64,000 nucleotides of DNA from Desulfotignum sp. (GTDB lineage Bacteria; Desulfobacterota; Desulfobacteria; Desulfobacterales; Desulfobacteraceae). The notes beneath the pieces were generated by a model that was given only the letters and a program-made list of their open reading frames with translations, searched no databases and was not told the DNA's origin. This document shows positions 19,866-29,100 of this stretch, piece after piece. The translations under genes and the position numbers were made by a program. The stretch lies in the NCBI GenBank assembly GCA_011389575.1, contig JAABUB010000001.1, positions 36,079-100,078 of the forward strand. Reading direction: 5' to 3'. Numbering within the stretch: position 1 is the stretch's first letter; each line of letters opens with the position of its first letter.

Positions 19866-20711
19866 ATGGAAAACCCTTATGTGCCGTATCCGGTTCGCAT
19901 TGATGATATCGAAGTGGCAACAGAAGACAAGTCTTTGAAAACATTTACCTTTGTTTTTCAAAATCCTGCAGATGAAGAAAAGTTCGCCTACAAGGCTGGT
20001 CAGTTTGCTGAACTGTCCATACCGGGTGTGGGAGAAATCCCTATCGGTATTGCCTCATCTCCGGTGGAAAAAGGTTTTGTCAAATTCACCGTCTTCAGAA
20101 CCGGTATGGTCACCTCCCATCTTCACAACATGAAAAAAGGTGATATCATGGGAATCAGAGGACCTTTAGGCAACTGGTATCCCTGGGAAAAACTGGAAAA
20201 CAAGAATGTGGTGATCATCGGCGGCGGATTTGCCTTTACCACCCTGCGCTCGTCCATTGTCTACATGCTGGATCCGGCCAACCGGTCCAGATTCAAAAAC
20301 ATCGATGTGATTTACGGTGCCAGATCGCCGGGCATGCTGCTCTACAGAGAAAAGCTGTTTGACTGGGAAAAACGCGATGATATAAACATGCATATCACCG
20401 TGGACAGCACGGATGATCCAGACTGGAAATACCACACCGGGTTCGTTCCCCAGATAGTGGAAAAAAATGCCCCTGTTGCAGATGAAGATACCTATGCCAT
20501 TGTGTGCGGACCGCCCATCATGATCAAATTTACCCAGCCGGCCCTGACACAGCTGGGTTACCAGGACCATCAGGTCATCATGTCCCTGGAAAATAAAATG
20601 AAGTGCGGTATCGGTATGTGCGGCCGGTGTAATATCGGAAAGGAACTGGTATGTAAAGACGGGCCGGTTTTTACCCTTGAACAGATAAACCAGACCCCGA
20701 AAGAATATTAA
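19866..20711 (+). CDS. flxA: FlxA FAD/NAD(P)-binding 2Fe-2S oxidoreductase (PyrK/FNR-like)
   Basis: GQFAEL, IRGPLGN, IGGGF, CGPPIM, MKCGIGMCGRC...VCKDGPVF. Confidence 0.9.
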   Translation: MENPYVPYPVRIDDIEVATEDKSLKTFTFVFQNPADEEKFAYKAGQFAELSIPGVGEIPIGIASSPVEKGFVKFTVFRTGMVTSHLHNMKKGDIMGIRGPLGNWYPWEKLENKNVVIIGGGFAFTTLRSSIVYMLDPANRSRFKNIDVIYGARSPGMLLYREKLFDWEKRDDINMHITVDSTDDPDWKYHTGFVPQIVEKNAPVADEDTYAIVCGPPIMIKFTQPALTQLGYQDHQVIMSLENKMKCGIGMCGRCNIGKELVCKDGPVFTLEQINQTPKEY

Positions 20712-20762
20712 ATCCAATGTATTGGAAAGGCCGATATTTTTACAATCAGGCTTGATTCTTTG

Positions 20763-20791
20763 TTGACAAGCCCGGGTTGCTGAGATATGGT
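20763..20791 (+). promoter_or_regulatory. Putative sigma70 promoter of dsrC
   Basis: TTGACA (20763-20768), 17 nt, TATGGT (20786-20791). Confidence 0.6.
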
Positions 20792-20882
20792 TAGTGGTCA
20801 ATTATTGAAACAGACCATGAAGCCAAGACAGTATGTCTTAAAATGATAGAAAAAAATTAAAATTTACAGGAGGAAAGTTTAC

Positions 20883-21200
20883 ATGGCAACAGTAGAATTC
20901 AACGGGAAAACATTTGAAATAGATGAAGATGGATTCCTTCTTGATTACAATTCCTACTCAGAAGAATGGGTGGATTATGTAAAGACCCAGGAAGGAATTG
21001 AAGAAATGACTGACGAGCACTGGCAGCTGGTAAAAGTGCTCCAGGACTATTATGAGAAAAACGGAATTGCTCCGATGGTCCGGGTACTTTCCAAACTCAC
21101 CAAATTCAAACTCAAACACATCTATGAACTGTTCCCCTCAGGTCCGGGAAAAGGTGCCTGTAAAATGGCCGGTCTTCCCAAACCAACCGGATGTGTATAA
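20883..21200 (+). CDS. dsrC: Sulfur carrier protein DsrC
   Basis: DEDGFL, YELFPSGPGKGACKMAGLPKPTGCV with both C-terminal Cys (CX10C); strong AGGAGG RBS. Confidence 0.97.
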   Translation: MATVEFNGKTFEIDEDGFLLDYNSYSEEWVDYVKTQEGIEEMTDEHWQLVKVLQDYYEKNGIAPMVRVLSKLTKFKLKHIYELFPSGPGKGACKMAGLPKPTGCV

Positions 21201-21232
21201 TTCATACCCTATCCGATTGATTTGATTTGTTT

Positions 21233-21275
21233 GTAAAGGCTCTGTTTTGCATGAAACAGAGCCTTTGCTTTTTGT
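21233..21275 (+). terminator. Intrinsic terminator after dsrC
   Basis: AAAGGCTCTGTTT-tgcatg-AAACAGAGCCTTT 13-bp stem followed by a T-rich tract. Confidence 0.8.
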
Positions 21276-21296
21276 CTTTTTTTCGGGAGTGAGCCA

Positions 21297-21752
21297 ATGA
21301 CCGACATTGATGCCACCAACAAATCCATTCTCAACACAATTCAGCTTGATTTTCCCATTGATGCCAGACCTTACAGGGTGCTGGCCCAACAGCTTGGATT
21401 AACAGAAGATGTGCTCATGGACCGGATTCGCCTGATGAAGGAAAAAGCCCTTATCCGGCGTATCGGCGGTAATTTCAGCCCGGACCGGCTCGGATATTAC
21501 TCCACCCTTTGTGCGGCAAAGGTTGCAGCGGAAAAAATCGATCTTTTTACCCACACGGTCAATGCCTACCCAGGAGTCACCCACAATTACATGCGTGAGC
21601 ATGTCTTCAATATCTGGTTTACCTTTATCGCCCCTTCCCGGGAACTGATCCAGAACCATCTTGATGACATATCCAAAAAAACCGGTGTCCATCCCATATT
21701 GAACCTGCCGGCCACCCGGGTGTTTAAAATTTCCGCCAATTTCAAGTTATGA
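21297..21752 (+). CDS. ahbA: Siroheme decarboxylase alpha subunit (AsnC/Lrp-like fold)
   Basis: IQLDFPIDARPY, IRRIGGNF...LGYYSTLCAAKV, PGVTHNYMR, FNIWFT. Confidence 0.85.
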   Translation: MTDIDATNKSILNTIQLDFPIDARPYRVLAQQLGLTEDVLMDRIRLMKEKALIRRIGGNFSPDRLGYYSTLCAAKVAAEKIDLFTHTVNAYPGVTHNYMREHVFNIWFTFIAPSRELIQNHLDDISKKTGVHPILNLPATRVFKISANFKL

Positions 21753-22567
21753 GACCGGTGAAACTGTGTCTTGTGTCCACCAACTGTCCGGTGGGCAGAT
21801 GGGATGAAAATATGGGCAACTGCCGTGATCTCATCCACAAGGCTGCCGAAAACAAAGCCGATATAGTGGTATTTCCGGAAATGAATCTCACCGGTTATGC
21901 CACCGGCCGCAAGATTACAGATTATGCCAGGGCCATTGACAACTGTTTTATCCAGAACTTTCAAGACCTGTCGGATCAGCTGAACCTGGCAATCCTGGCA
22001 GGACTTGCTGAAAAAGCGGATACCGCGAAAAAGACTTTTGCATCCCATCTGGTATTTATTCCAGGCACTGTCCCCGGCAAATACCAGAAACTGCACATCG
22101 CCCCCAGTGAACAAGAAATTTTTAGCCCTGGATATACAATTCCGGTGTTTGTACATGCCGGCATCACCTTCGGCATCCAGTTGTGCTATGATGCACATTT
22201 TCCGGAATTATCCACAGCCATGGCAATGCAGGGTGTGGATCTTATTGTCCTGCCCCATGCATCGCCCAGGGGGACCCCGGAGGAAAAACACACATCCTGG
22301 ATGCGGCATTTGCCGGCCCGGGCCTTTGACAACGGGGTCTTTATCGCGGCCGTGAATCAGGCCGGAGACAATGGCGCAGGCTTGGATTTTCCCGGCCTGT
22401 CTCTGGTTATCGGTCCGGATGGACATATTGTCGAAAGATCCATGGCCTGTAAAAATCATCTGCATATTGTGGATCTGGACCCTGCACTGCTCTGCCATGT
22501 CCGGTCCCACAGGATGCGCTATTTTCTGCCTTCCCGCCGCAACGATCTGTTCCCGGTCAATGTTTGA
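21749..22567 (+). CDS. Nitrilase-related carbon-nitrogen hydrolase
   Basis: Glu-Lys-Cys triad: VFPEM, YQKLH, QLCYD; ATGA overlap with ahbA. Confidence 0.9.
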   Translation: MRPVKLCLVSTNCPVGRWDENMGNCRDLIHKAAENKADIVVFPEMNLTGYATGRKITDYARAIDNCFIQNFQDLSDQLNLAILAGLAEKADTAKKTFASHLVFIPGTVPGKYQKLHIAPSEQEIFSPGYTIPVFVHAGITFGIQLCYDAHFPELSTAMAMQGVDLIVLPHASPRGTPEEKHTSWMRHLPARAFDNGVFIAAVNQAGDNGAGLDFPGLSLVIGPDGHIVERSMACKNHLHIVDLDPALLCHVRSHRMRYFLPSRRNDLFPVNV

Positions 22568-23360
22568 CCTGTGATCTCCGGTTCTGGATATAGGCATTTT
22601 TGATGGCGGTATATGGATCAAGGGATGCTGCTTTCAAGTCCTCATAATCACCGATGCGAAAGGATGTCCGGTTGACGATGTCAAGTATGCCAAGCCCGGT
22701 ATCAAGCTCCCAGGGTTCCACATAATTGAGCGGGGTGATAAAATAATCCCCTACCCTGCCCACGGTGTCCCGTAAGGTGGAAGGCCCGAAGACCGGCAGC
22801 ACCAGATAAAATCCTTCTGTGATGTGATAAGTGCCCAAAGTCTGTCCCAGATCTTCTGTTTTTGTGTGCATATCCAGGTGTTTCTGGGCCACCTGTTTGA
22901 ACCCCAGTATACCGGCGGTTGAATTGACAAAAAATATACCGATTTCATCAGATGCCTGGAGCGTTTTTCCCTGGAGCAGGTTGTTGACAAACCTGACAGG
23001 AAAGAGCAGGTTGTGGAAAAAATTGCGGATGCCTCTTCTGGCCGGTGTGGGTACAAGAGCCTTATACCCTTGGGCAAGGGGTTTGAGCGCATAAAAATAC
23101 AGCTTGTCATTCACCGTATACATGGCATAATTAAAATAATAGATGGGATCGGCCACCCGGGAACCATCTTGTGTATCATCTTCAAATTCATCAAACAGAT
23201 CATCATAAGGATCATTGTCACCACCTGAAACCGCATCCGGATTTTCCTGTTGTGATGCAGTTTGATATGCAACAACAGCATCAGCTGCCCATGCAATGGA
23301 CACTGTGCCCGCAAAAACCAAAAAACCGATGATACACAGAATCTGACATGTTTTTTTCAT
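22557..23360 (-). CDS. mlaA: MlaA/VacJ family protein
   Basis: DPIYYFN, EDLGQTLG, YLVLPVFGPSTLRD, DPYTAIKNAYIQNR. Confidence 0.9.
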   Translation of the reverse strand: MKKTCQILCIIGFLVFAGTVSIAWAADAVVAYQTASQQENPDAVSGGDNDPYDDLFDEFEDDTQDGSRVADPIYYFNYAMYTVNDKLYFYALKPLAQGYKALVPTPARRGIRNFFHNLLFPVRFVNNLLQGKTLQASDEIGIFFVNSTAGILGFKQVAQKHLDMHTKTEDLGQTLGTYHITEGFYLVLPVFGPSTLRDTVGRVGDYFITPLNYVEPWELDTGLGILDIVNRTSFRIGDYEDLKAASLDPYTAIKNAYIQNRRSQVKH

Positions 23361-23421
23361 ATTGCTGTAAATCCTTCATAATATAGTTTCAAGAAGCATC
23401 AGTCTGTTACCTGATGGTATA

Positions 23422-23874
23422 TCACAAGGCATTTTCACTGAAGATGAATTTTCTGATCAACGATTCAATATCCAGAGAGGATTCCGTATTTTCAATTTCA
23501 TCTCCGTGGGCCAGCATTGCATCTGATCCACCGGGCAGAATTTCAATATATTTTTCACCGATTATCCCCGCGGTTTTGATTGATGCAATGCTGTCTTCGG
23601 ATATGGCAATTTTCCGGTCAATATCCAGTGCTACTTTTGCCACCAGAAATTGTGTATCTATACGGATGGCAGATACATGGCCGATTTTAACACCGGCAAG
23701 TTCCACCACTGCTTTTTTTTTGAGACCTGATGCAGAAGAAAAATATCCATACACTGTATACCGGTCTTTGAAAAAAGCGGACAGATCACCCATTACAATG
23801 ATCAGGTACCCGCTGCAGAGTATGCCGATAATGACAAAGATACCCACATAAAAATTTCGTTTTTTCTCATTCAT
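23422..23874 (-). CDS. mlaD: MCE-domain lipid asymmetry protein MlaD
   Basis: N-terminal TM, SGLKKKAVVELAGVKIG, IKTAGIIGEKYIEI. Confidence 0.92.
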   Translation of the reverse strand: MNEKKRNFYVGIFVIIGILCSGYLIIVMGDLSAFFKDRYTVYGYFSSASGLKKKAVVELAGVKIGHVSAIRIDTQFLVAKVALDIDRKIAISEDSIASIKTAGIIGEKYIEILPGGSDAMLAHGDEIENTESSLDIESLIRKFIFSENAL

Positions 23875-23977
23875 ACAATATGGTCCTCAAAACCCGGGTA
23901 AAAATAATGCATTTTTGTCCAATACTGCATATCCTGCAGGCTTTTGGTCTTTTATGCCCTGTTGGCTGGTATGTGAA

Positions 23978-24733
23978 CTATCCATGTGCCATGCTCTCTT
24001 TTCCCTGTATAAAAGCCTGGATCTCGGGGATATCGGAGTGCAGTAACTCCTGTCCGGAGCCTTCAAAAAGAATGATGCCCTCATCCAGTAGGGCAATGTG
24101 CTGGGCCAGATCAAAAATCTGCGGGATATCGTGGCTTACTATCACAGCAGTAAATCCAAATTTTTTCTGGTACTCTTTTATCATGGTGTGTACATTTTTT
24201 TTGCGTACGGGATCCAGGCCTGTTGTGGGTTCATCAAACAATATCACCTCCGGATCTGTCACAAGGGCCCGTGCCAGGGCGACCCGCTTGCGCATTCCCC
24301 CGGACAGTTCTGAGGGGTATTTGTTGTCAATCCCCTCAATACCCAATTGTTTCATGCGGGCATGCACCTTTTGCTGCAATGCGGCATCCGAAATTTTTGA
24401 AGTTTCCACCAGAGGCAGTGCAATATTTTCATATACGGTGAGAAAATCAAACAGGGCATTGTCCTGGAACATATAGCTTGTTTTTTTTTTGAACTGACGA
24501 GCTTTTTCTTTGGACAGCCGGTCCAAGGGCTCTCCCTGGATCAGCAATTGGCCAAAATCCTGATGGATCAGCCCCACTATATGCTTGAGCAGGACGGATT
24601 TTCCGGTTCCACTCTTACCGATAACCACGGTAACCTGGCCTTTGGTTATGGACAGATTCACCCCCTTGAGCACCTCCAGGTCCCCGAATTTCTTTTTCAG
24701 ATCTTTGAATTGAATAAAAGGTGGTGTTGTCAT
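23978..24733 (-). CDS. mlaF: Mla ABC transporter ATPase
   Basis: GKSGTGKS, LSGGMRKRVALARAL, LFDEPTTGLDP. Confidence 0.92.
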   Translation of the reverse strand: MTTPPFIQFKDLKKKFGDLEVLKGVNLSITKGQVTVVIGKSGTGKSVLLKHIVGLIHQDFGQLLIQGEPLDRLSKEKARQFKKKTSYMFQDNALFDFLTVYENIALPLVETSKISDAALQQKVHARMKQLGIEGIDNKYPSELSGGMRKRVALARALVTDPEVILFDEPTTGLDPVRKKNVHTMIKEYQKKFGFTAVIVSHDIPQIFDLAQHIALLDEGIILFEGSGQELLHSDIPEIQAFIQGKESMAHG

Positions 24734-24736
24734 GGG

Positions 24737-25528
24737 TTATACCAGAAAAGAAGTAATTACATAGTCGCAGATCAGAATAGTGACACACGATTGCACCACT
24801 GCGTTGGTTGTTGCCAGAGACACGCCTTTTGCCCCGAATTCGCCCTGGCGGTTCACATGGGAATAATACCCGCGGTAGCAGCATATGGTGGTCACCACAA
24901 AGGCAAACACGATGGATTTGAAAAATCCTCCCCAGATATCGGCTATTTTCACACTGTGAATCACCCTGTCCATGTATACGGCTTCATTTATTCCCAGAAG
25001 CAGTGATCCGGACAGGTATCCGCCGAAAATGCCCACCATGTCAAATAGTGCGGTAAGCAAAGGAAAGCTTAAGACCGCGGCCAGTATTCTGGGAGTAAAC
25101 ACAAAGCGCACAGGATCGATCTGCATGGTGACCAGGGCATCGATCTGTTCTGACATGCGCATGACCCCGATTTCAGCGGCCATGGCTGAGCCTGCCCTGG
25201 CAGTGATCATGATAGCGGTCAAAACAGGTCCCAGTTCCCGGATCAGGGTCAATGAAACAGCGGTGCCCAATGCTGCCTCAGAGCCGAATGTTATCAGGGT
25301 ATAATACCCCTGGAGTCCCAATACCATGCCGGTGAACAAACCGGTGAGCAGGATGATGAAAATTGATTTGGCGCCTATAAACCAGATATGGTCCAGTATT
25401 TTGTTCGTTTGAAACGAGAGGGTGAATACCTGACCGACACCGGAAGCAAAGAACAAAAAAAGCCTGCCCACAGATGCAATGAACTTTGTAAAAATACTGC
25501 CGATGGCTTCAATATAACAGGTTATCAT
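24737..25528 (-). CDS. mlaE: Mla ABC transporter permease
   Basis: LIRELGPVLTA, AEIGVMRMSEQIDAL, GAKGVSLATTNAVV; start set at ATG 25528. Confidence 0.92.
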   Translation of the reverse strand: MITCYIEAIGSIFTKFIASVGRLFLFFASGVGQVFTLSFQTNKILDHIWFIGAKSIFIILLTGLFTGMVLGLQGYYTLITFGSEAALGTAVSLTLIRELGPVLTAIMITARAGSAMAAEIGVMRMSEQIDALVTMQIDPVRFVFTPRILAAVLSFPLLTALFDMVGIFGGYLSGSLLLGINEAVYMDRVIHSVKIADIWGGFFKSIVFAFVVTTICCYRGYYSHVNRQGEFGAKGVSLATTNAVVQSCVTILICDYVITSFLV

Positions 25529-25689
25529 AATCTTTTGGCTTATATCGGATTTACAAGGAAAATACAAGATATGTTGACAAACAGATTGACACGTATGGCA
25601 AAAAACATTACGTATAAAAGTATATTTGTTTTTTAAAATAAAGCAAAGCATCATACATATTTAGGTGTAAGAGGTGAAAGGAAAGTCCC

Positions 25690-26163
25690 ATGGCCCAGAA
25701 AATCACTTTGAGCATACCGGACATGCTTCATGAAAGACTCAAACAATGGCGGGATTCTTTTAATTTTTCAAAAATGTTCCAGGATGCGGTCACAGATGCC
25801 ATCCAGAAAAAAGAAGAGTTCCAGAAACGGTTTTCCCAGGAGTTTGATATGACGGAAGTCATTATGCGCCTGCAAAAGGAAAAGCAGGACTGGGTCAGAC
25901 AATTTTATAAACTGGGACGAAAAGAAGGCATAAGATGGGGTAAATCCGCCCATTTTGAAGACCTGTTATACGTATTGCAGGTGCAAGATACGTATGAACT
26001 GGTTCAGGATACAAGATTTTCCGCATATTTCAATAACATTATGGGCAGCTACGGGATTGATCAATTCACCATCTATGAAAAAAATGACCACAAGAAAATG
26101 TTTTTAGACGGCTGGATGAACGGGGTTAAGGAATTCTGGAACCAGGTAAAGGAAGCACTGTAA
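25690..26163 (+). CDS. Hypothetical protein with N-terminal ribbon-helix-helix-like segment
   Basis: KITLSIPDMLHERLK...FNFSKMFQDAV: alternating beta strand then two helices; AAGGA RBS; 1 nt before the next gene. Confidence 0.7.
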   Translation: MAQKITLSIPDMLHERLKQWRDSFNFSKMFQDAVTDAIQKKEEFQKRFSQEFDMTEVIMRLQKEKQDWVRQFYKLGRKEGIRWGKSAHFEDLLYVLQVQDTYELVQDTRFSAYFNNIMGSYGIDQFTIYEKNDHKKMFLDGWMNGVKEFWNQVKEAL

Positions 26164-26164
26164 A

Positions 26165-29100
26165 ATGGATTATACAATTGTAGGTATCGATGTTGGATCC
26201 GTGTCTGTGAATATTGCAGTAATAGATAACAATAAAAAGTTGCTGCATAAGGCCACAGCTGCCCACCAGGGAGATGTCACATCCTGTCTGTCCACCCTGC
26301 TGTCCCATGAGGCGGTGCGCACTGTGCAATATGTGGCAGCAACCGATGCCACCCCTTCTTTTGTTTTTTCCCATGACCGGTTTGATGAGCAGGTTGCTGT
26401 CATCAGAGCTGCCAGGGCTTTTCACAAAAATGGCAGTGATGCCCTGCTGCATATTGGCGGAGAAAAATTTTCTTTGAGCCTGTTTGACAAACAAAATAAT
26501 TATACCGGAGCCAGACACAACACCTCCTGCGCCGCCGGCACCGGCAGTTTTCTGGACCAGCAGGCCAGGCGCCTTAATCTGAAAGGATCTGCTGAAATCA
26601 GTGAAAAAGCCTTGAAAAACCGGCAGCAGCGACCTGATATTGCCACCCGGTGTGCTGTTTTTGCCAAAACAGATCTTATCCATGCCCAGCAGGAAGGGTA
26701 TAACATTGAACAGATTTGTGATGGTTTGTGTTACGGGCTGGCCAAAAATATTGTAAACACCCTTTTCAAAGGCAATGATATAAACGGCAGTGTACTGTTT
26801 TGCGGCGGGGTTGCCAAAAATGCTTCAGTGACCCGGTACCTGGAATCCATTCTCGGTCTTTGCCTGAAAATTGATGCATATTCAGATGTATATGGTGCGG
26901 CCGGTGCAGCTTTATGCCTGTGGGACCAGATGCAGACAAAGAAACCGGTTCCTGTTTTTTTTGATTCTGCCAAAGCCTTTTTCAAAACCACGGCCCGGAA
27001 AAATAATTATCTTTATCCGGCTTTGTCTCTTACACTGTCGGATTATCCGGATTTCCACTGTTTCAAGCAGTTTGTTCATGATGGTGTGGAAACCGATATC
27101 TACTCAGATCCTGCCCTTCTGGATGTTTCGGACACCTATCTGGGCCTGGATGTGGGGTCCACCTCCACCAAGAGCATATTGATAAACCAGAACGGAGATC
27201 CCATTGTGGGCTGCTATACCAAAACCGCATCGCGCCCGGTCCAGGCAGTCCAGAAAATATTCAAAGCCATGGATACATTCCTAGCGGATGCCGGTCTTGC
27301 AATTTCTGTCAAGGGCTGCGGTACCACCGGGTCGGGCCGACGTATCAGCGGCAGGGTTATCGGGGCGGATATCGAGCCTGATGAAATAACGGCCCATGCC
27401 ACTGCAGCGGTCAATCTGAACAAAGATGTGGACACCATCATTGAAATCGGGGGCCAGGATGCCAAATTCACCCTGGTCAAGGACGGCATGGTGACCGCTT
27501 CTGTGATGAATACAGTGTGTGCAGCCGGTACAGGTAGTTTCATTGAAGAGCAGGCGGAAAAGCTTTCCTGCCCGCTTTCAGAATATTCAGAACGGGCAGA
27601 GGGGATCCAGGCCCCGGTGTCCAGCGACCGGTGCACGGTTTTCATGGAACGTGACATTAATTATTATTTTGCCGAAGGATATAAAAAAAATGAAATTCTG
27701 GCATCGGTTCTCCATTCGGTCAGAGACAATTACCTGACCAAAGTGGCCACTGCAGGCAGGATCGGAAACTGCATTCTCTTTCAGGGGGCAACAGCCAGAA
27801 ACAAGGCTTTGGTGGCAGCTTTTGAACAAAAACTGCAAAAACCCATCCATGTGTCCCGGTTCTGCCATTTGACCGGTGCCCTGGGGGTGGCGCTGCTGGC
27901 CCGTGAAAAACGCATCACCCGGACACAGTTCAGGGGGTTCGGCCTGTGGAAAAGATCGATCCCGGTGCACCAGGAGGTCTGCCAGCTGTGCACCAACCAT
28001 TGTAAACTGACCATTGCCCGGGTGGATGGCCAGCCCCGGGCCTATGGGTTTTTGTGCGGCCGGGATTATGACACCCAAAAAATGGTACCCCAAAAAAAAC
28101 CGTATGATCTGAAAAAATTACGCAAAAAACAATTGCTGCCCATTGTCCGCCATCCGGAAAAACACAGATTCACCATCGGTATTCCCGCTGCCATGCATCT
28201 GTTTGAAGACCTGGAATTCTGGGAATTCTTTTTTTCCCGCCTGGGCATTAAAACCATTACCAGCCGGAACCTGAAACACCCGGTGGCCCTGGGAAAAACC
28301 ATTGCCAGAGCAGAGTTTTGTGCACCGGTGACCGCACTGCACGGCCATGTGGCCCATCTTTTTGAAAAAGCGGATTATGTGTTTCTGCCCTTTTATTTTG
28401 AAGAAAAAACGGATCAAAAACGGGTGAGGCGCCAGCATTGTTATTACACCCAGTTCAGTCCTTCAATCATTTCCTGCCTTGACCACTATGATGCCCGACG
28501 TCTGCTCATGCCCACCATCAAGTATCTGTATACCAGTTTTCATACCAAAATGGCGCTGTATCAGATGCTCAAACAAATTTCCCAAGACTTTTTGTTTTCT
28601 TTTTTTGATATCAATACTGCCTGGGACAAGGCCCTGGCATTTCGCAAGGAAAACCAGACAAGATTATCAGCACTCTATGCAGAACAAAGACGTGCTGCGC
28701 CCGGCAGCAAAGTATTGCTCCTGGGACGTCCCTATACTGTACTGTCTGACACCATGAACCACCGCATACCCCGAATTTTTGAAAATCTGGGGGTGGAAAC
28801 CTTTTTCCAGGACATGCTGGATACCGCAGACATTGATTTTACCCCCATTCAACCCCTGCTGGAAGAAATCCACTGGAAACATGCCGCCCAAATCCTGAAA
28901 TCCGCCTATGCAGCCGCACTTTCACAGGATCTGTATCCGGTATACATCACCTCTTTCAAGTGTTCACCGGATGCATTCGGGGTGGATTATTTCAAACAGA
29001 TCATGGAAAGATGCAACAAACCATATCTGGTACTGGAACTGGATGAACATGATTCCAGTGTGGGGTATGAAACCCGCATTGAATCAGCGGTAAGGTCCTT

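Noticed and set aside
21297-21752. Lrp/AsnC transcription factor regulating dsrC
   Set aside because: FPxxxRPY and VTHNYxR motifs fit siroheme decarboxylase AhbA better.
25690-26163. CcdA-type antitoxin of a TA pair
   Set aside because: Twice the usual length and no toxin gene follows.
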